From a virus (taxonomy: Duplodnaviria; Caudoviricetes), in the IMG/VR virus record IMGVR_UViG_3300042252_000041, positions 1-24,852 of that record: a stretch of DNA of 24,852 bases. One strand, 5' to 3'. The notes under the pieces were generated by a model that was given only the letters and a program-made list of their open reading frames with translations, did not search any database and had not been told where the DNA came from. Positions 16,398 through 24,549 of the stretch are shown here, piece after piece (within the stretch, counting starts at the first letter, position 1; every line of letters starts with the position of its first letter). Made by a program: the position numbers and the translations under genes.

Positions 16398-18008
16398 ATG
16401 ACGGTCGAAACCCCGACGAACAGCGTCACCTACACCGGCAACGCTTCGGCGACGTCGTTCTCCTTCGGCTTCCCGATCTTCGAGGAGGGTGACCTCAAGG
16501 TTACCGTCACCGATGCGGACGGGGTCGAGATGGAGCAGACGCTGGGCGTCGACTTCTCGGTCACGGTCGCCGAGTACCCTGGCAACGGGTCGATCACCTA
16601 CCCGCTCTCCGGCTCGCCGCTGCCGGCCGACGAGCAGATCACGATCGAGCGCGACCTGTCGCCGACGCAGCTGGTCGACCTCGTCAACGGCAACACCTTC
16701 TTCGCCGAGGTGATCGAGCAGGCTTTCGACCGGGTGACGATGCTCGCCGCCCAGGCCCGGGAAGGCCTCTCGCGCGCGATCAAGCTGCCGGTCGCGTCGG
16801 ACCTGGCGGACCTCACGCTGCCGGCGCCCTCGGCGCACAAGACGATCCGCTGGAACGTCGACGGGGACGGCCTCGAGAACGGCCCCTCGATCGAGGATAT
16901 CAACGACGTGGCGGCCAGCCACGCCAGCGACGCCGCGGACAGCGCCTCGGCGGCGGCCAGCAGCGCGAGCGCGGCGGCTGCCTCCGAGCTCGCGGCAGAC
17001 GGCCACGCCAGCGACGCCGCCGACAGCGCCGGCGCCGCGGCGACCTCGGCGGCGGCGGCCGCGGCGGCGCTCGACAACTTCGACGACCGCTACCTTGGGG
17101 CCAAGGCAGCCGACCCCGCCCTCGACAACGACGGCGACCCGCTGGTGCAGGGCGCGCTCTACTACAACACCACCGAAGGCGAGATGCGCGTCTACGACCA
17201 GTCGTCGGCGCAGTGGATTCGGGCGTCGTCGGCGGTCGCCTCGACGATGATCCTCTACCGCTTCATCGCCACGGCCGGCCAGACCACCTTCACCGGCGTC
17301 GATTCGCTGGGGCGCACGCTCAACTATGTCGTCGGCAACATCCTGGTGTACCGGAACGGCATCCTCGGCGACCCGGTGAGCGACTACACGGCGACGGACG
17401 GCACCTCGGTCGTGCTGGCCAGCGGCGCCCTCGTCGGCGACGAGATCAGCATCCTGGCGGTCGAGCCGTTCCAGATCCCGAGCGTCTACACGAAGGCGCA
17501 GTCCGACGCGCGCTACTACACCCAGGCCCAGGTGGATGCGGCGATCGAGGCCACCAAGGAGGCGCTGCACCCGGTCGGGTCGTTCTACTTCACCGGCGGC
17601 AACACCAACCCGGCCAGCCTGCTCGGGTTCGGCACATGGACGCAGCGGGCGCAGGGCCTGGCGCTCTTCGGCGTCGGCACCGGCACCGACCAGAACGCGG
17701 TGGAGAAGACCATCGCGGCTGGCGCCAACGCGGGCGAATACGAGCACACGCTGACCGAGGCAGAGCTCGAGCCCCATACGCACGTCCAGAGCTCGCACGC
17801 CCACGGCGCAACCAGCTACGGGATCGACGTCTCGAAGCGCACAGTGGCCGAGGGCTCTGACTTCCTGGTGGTCGACGACGTGACGCTGGACAGTGGTGGC
17901 GCCAGCACGGGCGGCGCGACCGCGACCAACCAGAGCACCGGCGGCGGCGATGCCTTCAACGTGACGCCGCCCAGCTTCGGCCTCTACGTCTGGGAGCGCA
18001 CCGCATGA
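16398..18008 (+). CDS. Tail fibre protein with T7-gp17-like N-terminal anchor, Ala/Ser stalk and C-terminal tip domain, 536 aa
   Basis: Y.GN..AT.F.F.F.IF...DL.V and E.A.DR.TM..Q anchor motifs; FDDRYLG.K...P..DNDG..L..GALY; HPVGS.Y....NP..L.GFGTW tip motif with HTH/HAH. Confidence 0.88.
   Translation: MTVETPTNSVTYTGNASATSFSFGFPIFEEGDLKVTVTDADGVEMEQTLGVDFSVTVAEYPGNGSITYPLSGSPLPADEQITIERDLSPTQLVDLVNGNTFFAEVIEQAFDRVTMLAAQAREGLSRAIKLPVASDLADLTLPAPSAHKTIRWNVDGDGLENGPSIEDINDVAASHASDAADSASAAASSASAAAASELAADGHASDAADSAGAAATSAAAAAAALDNFDDRYLGAKAADPALDNDGDPLVQGALYYNTTEGEMRVYDQSSAQWIRASSAVASTMILYRFIATAGQTTFTGVDSLGRTLNYVVGNILVYRNGILGDPVSDYTATDGTSVVLASGALVGDEISILAVEPFQIPSVYTKAQSDARYYTQAQVDAAIEATKEALHPVGSFYFTGGNTNPASLLGFGTWTQRAQGLALFGVGTGTDQNAVEKTIAAGANAGEYEHTLTEAELEPHTHVQSSHAHGATSYGIDVSKRTVAEGSDFLVVDDVTLDSGGASTGGATATNQSTGGGDAFNVTPPSFGLYVWERTA
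16918..17030 (+). repeat. Two 29-bp direct repeats, 84 bp apart, in the fibre stalk
   Basis: GCCACGCCAGCGACGCCGC(G/C)GACAGCGCC at 16918-16946 and 17002-17030; 28-aa (four-heptad) period. Confidence 0.8.
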
Positions 18009-19006
18009 GCCGGGCCTGGGATATCGCGGCCTCGGCCGCGCCGCTCGCCAAGTTCGACGCGACCGCGGCGCCGACCGCCGACGACGATTCCGGCGACGGC
18101 TACAGCGTCGGCTCGCTCTGGATCGACGTCACGAACGACGAGGCCTACCGCTGCGTCGACGCCTCGCTCGGCGCCGCAGTCTGGATCAACACCACGCTCT
18201 CCACCGACGAGCTCGGCGCCGCGGCCTTCGAGGCGGTCGCCGCCGGCGGCTCTGGCGACCTGCTGCGCGAGGACGGCGACGGTAGCAGCCTGACGGGGAT
18301 CTCGGCGCAGAGCGACCGCTACACGGCCACGCCGGCGGCGCGCACCGCCAGTGGCACGATCACGAGCTCCGACGCCGGCGCCCTCCTGCAGGTCGCCGCC
18401 GCCGGCGCGACGACGCAGACCCTCGACGCGACGGGCTGGACGGCGGGCCAGTGGGTCGACGTCGTCAGCATCGGCGACGGCGAGGTGACGATCCAGGCCG
18501 GCGCCGGCAGCGACGAGGGGATCAACCGCGCCGGCAACGACACCTTCACGATCGGCAAGGACGAGCAGGTCCGCATCACCTACCTCGGCTCGACCGATCC
18601 CAAGTGGCGCGCCGAGTTCGCGCAGAGCGTCGCCCTGGGGCCGAATCAGGTCGCCGTCATGGGCAGCGACGGCGCGACGCCGGAGGCCCGCACTCAGAAG
18701 GGCGCCTTCAGCCTCGTGATCGAGGCGACGGCCAATGGCGACAAGGAGCTCGGCTTCGTGCCCTGGGCGGGGCAATTCGAGAAGTTCCGCCTCAAGACGC
18801 GGTCGGGCAGCTGCAGCGTCGTCGTCAAGAAGAACGGCACCGCGATCAACGGCTTCGGCTCGGCCGTCGCGGTCACCGCCACGGCTGCCGACACCGCCTC
18901 GACCGAGTCCTTCGCCAAGGACGACCTGCTCTCCGTGACGATCTCGAGCGCGAGCTCGCTGACCGCGCTGATCATCGAGGGTATCGCCGCGCGCACGGCG
19001 AACTGA
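18005..19006 (+). CDS. Second tail fibre/adaptor protein, 333 aa
   Basis: ATGA overlap; APT..DD...GYSVGSLW.......Y.C.DA..GAAVW module; beta-rich Gly/Ser/Thr composition. Confidence 0.72.
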   Translation: MSRAWDIAASAAPLAKFDATAAPTADDDSGDGYSVGSLWIDVTNDEAYRCVDASLGAAVWINTTLSTDELGAAAFEAVAAGGSGDLLREDGDGSSLTGISAQSDRYTATPAARTASGTITSSDAGALLQVAAAGATTQTLDATGWTAGQWVDVVSIGDGEVTIQAGAGSDEGINRAGNDTFTIGKDEQVRITYLGSTDPKWRAEFAQSVALGPNQVAVMGSDGATPEARTQKGAFSLVIEATANGDKELGFVPWAGQFEKFRLKTRSGSCSVVVKKNGTAINGFGSAVAVTATAADTASTESFAKDDLLSVTISSASSLTALIIEGIAARTAN

Positions 19007-19008
19007 CC

Positions 19009-21657
19009 ATGGCGGGTGCGGTCAAGTTCCACGGCACGCGGCAACGCCTGGTGGGCGGCGGACTGCCGTTCTTCGGCCTGGCCGGCGGCGTGCTGGGCGG
19101 CGGGGGAGGGGGCGACCCCACGGCGCTCTGGAACGTCGACATCGTCGAGCAGGGCTCGACCGCGCGCACGAGCCAGCCCTTTAGCTTCGGCGTGCCCATC
19201 GGCCCCGGGGACTTCGACAGCGCGACGCAGAGGATCGTGGTCTACGACGGCGAGACGGCGCTCGCCGATGCGCAGTTCACCTGCGAGTGCGTCGACCAGG
19301 CGGGCGACGTGCGCTGGGTGCGGGTCGACGGGGTTCTCCCGGCACTGTCGAGCGGGGGGACCAAGACGCTCAGCGTCAAGGCCGAGTCCGGCTCTCAGGC
19401 GGCCGGCACGCCGATCACGGCCGCGGACCTGCAGGCCTTCATCAACGACAACGCCGCCGGCGGCGACGTGCGCGTCGCCATGGTGGTCAGCGGGACCACC
19501 TACACCGCCAGCGTCAAGGCGATGCTGGACAGCACGAAGACGGCCTACGCCGCCGCCGAGCCGCACTACAGGGGCGCCTACTTCGCCGGGCCCATGGCGA
19601 GTTGCTACGTCGGCTCGGTGCCGCTGGAAGACGGCGGCGGCGCCCGCGCAAGCGACTACCTGCGCGTCGACTTCCACGTCTACGGCTGGAAGGAAACCGC
19701 CGGCGGCGCGATCGTCGGGGCCAAGGTCGACGCGATCGTCTGGAACAGCGCCTACGACCCCGCCGCATTCGGTGATGTGGCCTGGACGTCGATGGTCCTC
19801 GAGTACGGCGACGGCACCGATATCGAGGCCTACACGACCGCTGGCGGGAGCACGGGCGTCGCCTACGCGCGCAGCCGCTTCAAGTTCGACGACCTGTGGG
19901 TGGGCCTCTCCGGCGCGGAGAAGGGCTCTTGGGAGGCGGTGCACGAGACCGAGAGCCTCAAGCTGCAGAAGGTGTTCGACAACCAGTGGATGCTCGACCA
20001 TTGGGCGACGAGCGACAACGTCAGCGCAAAGCTGGCCTCTCTGAAGTCCGGTCAGGATGCCGTCACGCTGGATCCCTTCCGCAGCAAGGGCGTCCACGTC
20101 CAGTATCACATGGGCAACGTCGGCGGCCGCTACGAGATCGGCTATCTAACTCAGGGCCAGGTGATGGCCGCCTGCTGTTGGAACGACGGCGCGCGCGGCC
20201 TGGTGAACAGGGCGGCGAGGGAGGCCCTTCATATCCCCTGGGTCTGGCGCGACCAGACCACGGGCGTCCTTGTGGCCCCGAGCAAGACCTCGGCGAACAT
20301 CAACAACGACACGAGCCCCAGCCCCAACGCGACCCCGTGGTGGGCGGGGAGCAACTACCTGGACGTAGGCCACCAGCCCAACGACCACTTTCTCCCGGCG
20401 ATGCTGTACGGGGATTTCTGGCTGGTCGAAGCGCTCCATGAGGGCGCGCACTATGCCTGGATGGCGATCACGAACGGCACCGGCTACAACCGGCGCCTCT
20501 CGCACGGCATCCAGGACCGCGGCGCGGCCTGGGCGATGCGCAGCGTCACCGCCGCCATCGCCCTGACGCCGAACGCCTTGAGCGCGGACCTGACCGGCTG
20601 GAGCCGGGCAAACTGGCAGTCCTGGATGGACGCGGCGGTCGGAACGGCCGGCGGCACGGCCACGAGCGGGTTCTACCACGGCGCCAAGAGCTACTATTGG
20701 GATGCGACGCAAGCGGGCGCGATTCCCGTGTCGGGCTACTTCGACAACGACGACCCCGACAGCTTCCGGTGGCTTTACCATTCAAGCGACCGCATCATGC
20801 GGCAGTGGGGCGCCGCCTTCTACCTGCACCAGATGGCGTGGGGAAAGAAGCTCAACATCGGCAACGGCGATCACACCAGCTGGCTGGAGTGGTTGACGCG
20901 CCTCCATGAGCAGTTCCTCGAGGATCCGCGGTATCAGTGGCTGCTGGGCTACTACAAGGACCTGGGGGACCGGCCGAGCATCGGCCACTACCCCCGGAAC
21001 AAGGACGAGGCGTTCCGCGACCTGACCGTCAGCTTTGCCATCTACCAGGAGCCCTACCCGGTTCTGCGCACCTACACCGAGGCGGACATGGCCAACCTCG
21101 GGATCACGGGGGCGACAGCTACGTGGTCCGCGACTACGGCCGTCACCCTCGCCCTGACGGGCGCCAGCGCCGTGGACTACTTCGAGCACACGGCGGACGC
21201 CACCTATTTCACCCGCGCTCGCCCGTGCCCGATCAAGCTGGTCGGATGGGGCGCCGGGGGCGCGGACGCGATCGGCAAGATCACCAGCGTCGCGAACGGC
21301 AAGACGGTCGTCGTCGACTTCCAGGCCGACGCCGATTGCGTCGATATCGACACGGGCGCCAGGTCGTCTGGCGAGTCGATCGTGCCGCCGAACCTGTTCC
21401 TGCCGATGCCCGCGAAAGACGCCAGCTGGCTCGGCGGCGAGACGATCTTGGGCGCGTCGAACAATGACTACACGCTGATGATGCTGGGCGCGCTCGAGGC
21501 GCTCGCCGATGTCGGCTACAACACCGGCACCTATGCGGCGAACCGCGCGAAGCTGGTCGCCTGGCTCCATGCGGCCGGCCAGATCGCCAGCCCGACCGTG
21601 TTTCCCTCCTCAACCGACGACGCCACGCCCGAGTGGTGGTTCAAGGGGACCGTCTGA
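19009..21657 (+). CDS. Large tail-associated protein resembling PcRGLX/YetA-type polysaccharide-lyase-like proteins, 882 aa
   Basis: ATG 2 nt after the upstream stop (the longer ORF call is a shadow extension); PFSFGVP..PGD and G.VRW N-terminal motifs; D..HQP....P..L.GD and Q.RG.AWA.R helical-toroid motifs; Trp/Tyr-rich. Confidence 0.6.
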   Translation: MAGAVKFHGTRQRLVGGGLPFFGLAGGVLGGGGGGDPTALWNVDIVEQGSTARTSQPFSFGVPIGPGDFDSATQRIVVYDGETALADAQFTCECVDQAGDVRWVRVDGVLPALSSGGTKTLSVKAESGSQAAGTPITAADLQAFINDNAAGGDVRVAMVVSGTTYTASVKAMLDSTKTAYAAAEPHYRGAYFAGPMASCYVGSVPLEDGGGARASDYLRVDFHVYGWKETAGGAIVGAKVDAIVWNSAYDPAAFGDVAWTSMVLEYGDGTDIEAYTTAGGSTGVAYARSRFKFDDLWVGLSGAEKGSWEAVHETESLKLQKVFDNQWMLDHWATSDNVSAKLASLKSGQDAVTLDPFRSKGVHVQYHMGNVGGRYEIGYLTQGQVMAACCWNDGARGLVNRAAREALHIPWVWRDQTTGVLVAPSKTSANINNDTSPSPNATPWWAGSNYLDVGHQPNDHFLPAMLYGDFWLVEALHEGAHYAWMAITNGTGYNRRLSHGIQDRGAAWAMRSVTAAIALTPNALSADLTGWSRANWQSWMDAAVGTAGGTATSGFYHGAKSYYWDATQAGAIPVSGYFDNDDPDSFRWLYHSSDRIMRQWGAAFYLHQMAWGKKLNIGNGDHTSWLEWLTRLHEQFLEDPRYQWLLGYYKDLGDRPSIGHYPRNKDEAFRDLTVSFAIYQEPYPVLRTYTEADMANLGITGATATWSATTAVTLALTGASAVDYFEHTADATYFTRARPCPIKLVGWGAGGADAIGKITSVANGKTVVVDFQADADCVDIDTGARSSGESIVPPNLFLPMPAKDASWLGGETILGASNNDYTLMMLGALEALADVGYNTGTYAANRAKLVAWLHAAGQIASPTVFPSSTDDATPEWWFKGTV

Positions 21658-22343
21658 TGGCCTTCATCGGGTCGGACACCTTCTCCCTCGCGACCAACGG
21701 CCTCACGATCGCCGGCGTCAACCTCGACAACGCGCTCGGCGGCAGCACGCCCGGCCCCTGGGCTCAGGACGTTTCGGGCCCCTGGATCAAGCAGGCGGCA
21801 GGCACCTACAGCGGCGACACCAGCGGCACCGTCGTCGGGACCAACGCGAACTCCAACGCCTATGCCGACTTCGGCGAGGCCGTCGTCGTGGCCACCATGC
21901 GGTTCCGGTTCGACGGCGGCACGGCGAATCTGGGGGTCATGCTCAACGCGCTGGACTATGACGACTGCGTGCTCTGCTTCTACGTGGCGAGCAACAACAC
22001 GCTGCGGATCCGGCAGCTGGTCGGCGGCGCCAGCACCGACCAGGACAGCGAGGCGCTCTCGGGGGCCCTGACGACGGGTGTCTGGTACAGGCTTGTGGCG
22101 AGCGTCGACGCGAGCGGCAACTACTCGGCCGAGATCACCGACGACAGCGGCGTCAGCCTGATGAACGTCGGGCCGGCGACCTGGCCGAGCGGCGCCGCGC
22201 CGACCCGCGAGAGTCACGGCTTCCGCAACTTCTCGACCACGGCGAACCGTAGCATCGTCGACTGGATCACGGTCGAGACCAACGATGGCGGCGGGGGCGG
22301 CGGCGGCGACCAGATCTACGGCGGCTGGTGGATCGAGGCCTAG
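21657..22343 (+). CDS. Beta-sandwich (lectin/ConA-like) virion protein, 228 aa
   Basis: TGATG coupling; all-beta pattern with G.WY.L.A.V motif; poly-Gly linker before a short C-terminal peptide. Confidence 0.6.
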   Translation: MAFIGSDTFSLATNGLTIAGVNLDNALGGSTPGPWAQDVSGPWIKQAAGTYSGDTSGTVVGTNANSNAYADFGEAVVVATMRFRFDGGTANLGVMLNALDYDDCVLCFYVASNNTLRIRQLVGGASTDQDSEALSGALTTGVWYRLVASVDASGNYSAEITDDSGVSLMNVGPATWPSGAAPTRESHGFRNFSTTANRSIVDWITVETNDGGGGGGGDQIYGGWWIEA

Positions 22344-22894
22344 GCCTCCCGGCGCCGGCGGATTCCGAGCAGCGCGGCCAGACCTGCCGCCAGCAGCGCC
22401 AGCGTCCCGGGCGTCGGGATCTCGGCCCACAGCTCGTGCGGCGGCCGGTCGGCGCGGTCACCGACGTAGAATCTCAGCAGATAATCCATCGGCGCGGTGA
22501 TCGACGTCTGACCGAAAAGGTAGCTCCCCTCGGGGATCTGCAGGTCGCTGAGCCACAGCGGACGCCAGTCGATCGGCACGTTGGGAAGGTTGGGGCGGCA
22601 GTGGATCGGCACGCCGGCGTCGGTGTAGGTGCAGAAGCCGGCCGCGCCCGGGCCGCCCTCCGGCGTCCAGATGATCGCCCAGAGGTAGCCGCCGCTCGGC
22701 ACCGTGAAGGCGAAGTTGTCGAAGTCGGAGCTCGAGAAGCTGCCGTGGATCCAGCTGGAGCCGAGGCCGAGGTTGAAGGTCTGGCCGTCGAGGTCACCGT
22801 CGACTGCCTCGTCGTGGATGACGATGGGAGCGGCCGCGGCCGGCGCGGCGAGCGCCAGGCCGGCGGCGAGGGTGATGGGGGCAAGGAATCGCAT
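22340..22894 (-). CDS. PEP-CTERM-type exosortase substrate (moron), 184 aa
   Basis: AGGAGGA RBS (22901-22907); signal peptide MRFLAPITLAAGLALAAPAAA; C-terminal IPTP-GTLALLAAGLAALLGI-RRRR (Pro motif, TM helix, Arg cluster). Confidence 0.85.
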   Translation of the reverse strand: MRFLAPITLAAGLALAAPAAAAPIVIHDEAVDGDLDGQTFNLGLGSSWIHGSFSSSDFDNFAFTVPSGGYLWAIIWTPEGGPGAAGFCTYTDAGVPIHCRPNLPNVPIDWRPLWLSDLQIPEGSYLFGQTSITAPMDYLLRFYVGDRADRPPHELWAEIPTPGTLALLAAGLAALLGIRRRREA

Positions 22895-22927
22895 CCCGAA
22901 TCCTCCTGTTGGTGGTGCCTTGCCAAC

Positions 22928-22944
22928 AGCAAGACACGGGCCAA
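22928..22944 (-). promoter_or_regulatory. Sigma-54 (-24/-12) promoter of the PEP-CTERM-type gene
   Basis: Minus strand TTGGCCCGTGTCTTGCT = TGG-N8-TTGC with exact GG-N10-GC spacing, 33 nt upstream of the ATG. Confidence 0.75.
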
Positions 22945-23135
22945 CCGCAGAGATCAGCCAACGGGCAGTCCTGCACGCCCGGATTGTGTAAGGCACGCTT
23001 GACGATTGCGGCGGCGGCGTGTCGCAAACGTTGACGTGCAGCCAACGACAAGTGGATTTTTCCCAAGGAAACGTTCACCGAAGCGGGAGCGTTGTGATTT
23101 AGTCCATGGAACAGAAGCCACGCGAGAGCAGAGGG

Positions 23136-23366
23136 ATGCCCTTGTCGAACCTGACGCAGCAGGAGCGGCTCGCGGTGCTCGAGACGCAGATGGCCCAAGT
23201 GCAGAAGACCCAGCGCGACATCCACGACGACGTGAAGCTGATCCTGGGCTTCGTGAATCGGTGGAAGGGCATGTCCGCGATGCTCCTGCTCGTCGGCGGT
23301 GCCGCCGGCACGGCGACCGGGCTGCTGATCGCGGCGGCCGACAAGGTGAAGGGGTGGATCACGTGA
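23136..23366 (+). CDS. Holin-like small membrane protein (start uncertain: 23106, 23136 or TTG 23142)
   Basis: ERLA.LE coiled coil followed by a hydrophobic helix; GTGA-coupled to the lysin. Confidence 0.62.
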   Translation: MPLSNLTQQERLAVLETQMAQVQKTQRDIHDDVKLILGFVNRWKGMSAMLLLVGGAAGTATGLLIAAADKVKGWIT

Positions 23367-23947
23367 CCGACGAAGAAGCCGACCTGAACGCTCTCTGGCG
23401 CACCATCTACGGTGAGGCCGAGCCCGGCGACGAGCCCGACGCCTTCGCGATCGGCCACGTCATCCTCAACCGTGTCGCCTGGCGCAACTGGCCGGGCACG
23501 ATCCGCGGCGTCTGCTATCAGCCCTGGCAGTTCAGCTGCTGGAACGCGGACAACCCGCGCCTGGCGCACCTCAACGAGGTCGAGCCCGGCGCCAACCCGT
23601 GGGCGGCCAGCTGCTACCGGATCGCGCGCGATCTCCTGGCGATGGGCGGGCCTACCGGCGGGCCAGGCGACCCGACTCAGGGCGCGACGCACTACTACGC
23701 CACCTACCTGCCGAAGCCGCCGAAGTGGGCGCGCGGCCACAAGCCGGTCTACGAGACGCCGGCCGGCCGCTACAACCACCTCTTCTTCAACGACATCGAC
23801 ACGCCGGCGCCGACCAGCGCCGACGTCGCGGGCCCGATGAGCGAGGCGCTCGAGATCGCGAAGTGGGTGTTCCTGGCCGCAACGATCATCGGCGTCGGCG
23901 CGATGATCTACGCCCGGGTGTCCGACCGGAAGGAAGGCCTGCGCTGA
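23363..23947 (+). CDS. Endolysin, SleB/Hydrolase_2 family, with C-terminal TM helix, 194 aa
   Basis: RTIYGEA (catalytic Glu), VILNRV, QFSCWN, DPT.GATHYY, P.WA, H.F motifs. Confidence 0.88.
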   Translation: MTDEEADLNALWRTIYGEAEPGDEPDAFAIGHVILNRVAWRNWPGTIRGVCYQPWQFSCWNADNPRLAHLNEVEPGANPWAASCYRIARDLLAMGGPTGGPGDPTQGATHYYATYLPKPPKWARGHKPVYETPAGRYNHLFFNDIDTPAPTSADVAGPMSEALEIAKWVFLAATIIGVGAMIYARVSDRKEGLR

Positions 23948-24222
23948 TGGCGCTCCTGAGCACCGCCGGCGCCTGGCTGCTCGGCAAGGCCAAGGGCGTC
24001 TGGCCCTGGCTGCTGCTCGGCCTGGCGGCGCTCCTGGCGTTCCTGGGCGCCTTCAGCGCCGCCCGCAAGGCTGGGCAGCGGGCCGAGCGGATCCGGCACA
24101 TGGAGCGGTCGCTGACCGTCGAGCGGGAAAGGAAGGCGAAGGATGCGGAAGTCTCTCGTGCTAGCGACCCTGATCTCGACCAGCGCCTTGGTCGCTGGAT
24201 GCGGCACAACGGGGGCCTCTGA
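23947..24222 (+). CDS. Inner-membrane spanin (Rz-like), 91 aa
   Basis: TGATG coupling; N-terminal TM helix then charged helical domain; overlaps a lipoprotein gene. Confidence 0.72.
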   Translation: MALLSTAGAWLLGKAKGVWPWLLLGLAALLAFLGAFSAARKAGQRAERIRHMERSLTVERERKAKDAEVSRASDPDLDQRLGRWMRHNGGL

Positions 24223-24343
24223 CACCTGCGCCGGCTGGCGGCCGATCCTCGTCGACCAGGGCGCTGCCGACCGGCTGACCCGGGCCGAGAAGGAACAGGT
24301 CGTCGCGCACAACGAGCTCGGCGAGTCCCGCGGCTGCTGGTAA
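24143..24343 (+). CDS. Outer-membrane spanin lipoprotein (Rz1-like), 66 aa
   Basis: Signal peptide with LVAG-C lipobox; C..W.PI....D.LT......HN.....C pattern; overlaps the i-spanin 3' end. Confidence 0.8.
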   Translation: MRKSLVLATLISTSALVAGCGTTGASDTCAGWRPILVDQGAADRLTRAEKEQVVAHNELGESRGCW

Positions 24344-24350
24344 GCCCGGA

Positions 24351-24419
24351 AGGGTTTGCAAAACCGCCTAACGCATTGATCTGTATTGGCGGCCGGAGGG
24401 GGTGTTTTCTGCAAACCCT
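24351..24419. promoter_or_regulatory. Prophage att arm: 10-bp inverted repeat flanking an IHF consensus site
   Basis: AGGGTTTGCA (24351-24360) and TGCAAACCCT (24410-24419); TAACGCATTGAT (24369-24380) reads ATCAA-N4-TTA on the minus strand. Confidence 0.6.
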
Positions 24420-24443
24420 CGTTGATCCGGCTCAATAATCAGT

Positions 24444-24483
24444 GGATTTGCAGTCCCCTGCATGACCACTCTGCCACCGAGCC
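24444..24483 (-). pseudogene. 5' half of tRNA-Cys(GCA), broken in the 3' anticodon stem; marks the att junction
   Basis: Minus strand GGCTCGG-TG-GCA-GAGTGGTCA-TGC-A-GGGGA-CTGCAAA-TCC; no T-loop (GTTCGA) or CCA follows. Confidence 0.85.
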
Positions 24484-24493
24484 GCCGGGCCGC

Positions 24494-24522
24494 TTTATGA
24501 CGGCTCGTCTGGGCCTTGTCCA
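24494..24522 (-). promoter_or_regulatory. Host sigma-70-type tRNA promoter
   Basis: Minus strand TGGACA-N17-CATAAA followed by a GC-rich discriminator, 10 nt upstream of tRNA G1. Confidence 0.6.
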
Positions 24523-24549
24523 GCCCTCTGCGGCCCGGTTCGAGCGGCC

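Larger units (their letters stand above)
1..24443 (+). mobile_element. Integrated podovirus-like prophage, right part (head, tail, ejection, receptor-binding and lysis modules); left end lies outside the window
   Basis: Co-oriented, translationally coupled run of virion and lysis genes ending at a broken tRNA-Cys gene, beyond which lie a host-type promoter and HAD gene. Confidence 0.93.

Noticed and set aside
16918-17070. Repeats as CRISPR or regulatory array
   Set aside because: Only two in-frame copies, encoding an Ala/Ser coiled-coil stalk
18451-19008. N-terminal extension of the 1068-aa ORF call
   Set aside because: Overlaps the real 333-aa gene and is Arg-rich; ATG 19009 follows the upstream stop by 2 nt
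182-21961. Many long alternative-frame and antisense ORFs (e.g. 182-1291, 2535-4370, 7727-9997, 8041-10464, 10607-11338, 11708-14197, 14450-16189)
   Set aside because: Arg/Gly/Pro-rich or mirror-codon shadows expected in high-GC coding DNA; no RBS, motifs or codon-bias shift
23006-23362. N-terminal extension of the 313-aa lysin ORF call
   Set aside because: Shadow of the holin-like gene; GTG 23363 is coupled to its stop and starts the SleB domain
16398-24343. BPP-1-style diversity-generating retroelement or invertible tail-fibre cassette
   Set aside because: No reverse transcriptase, recombinase or template/variable repeat pair seen in the window
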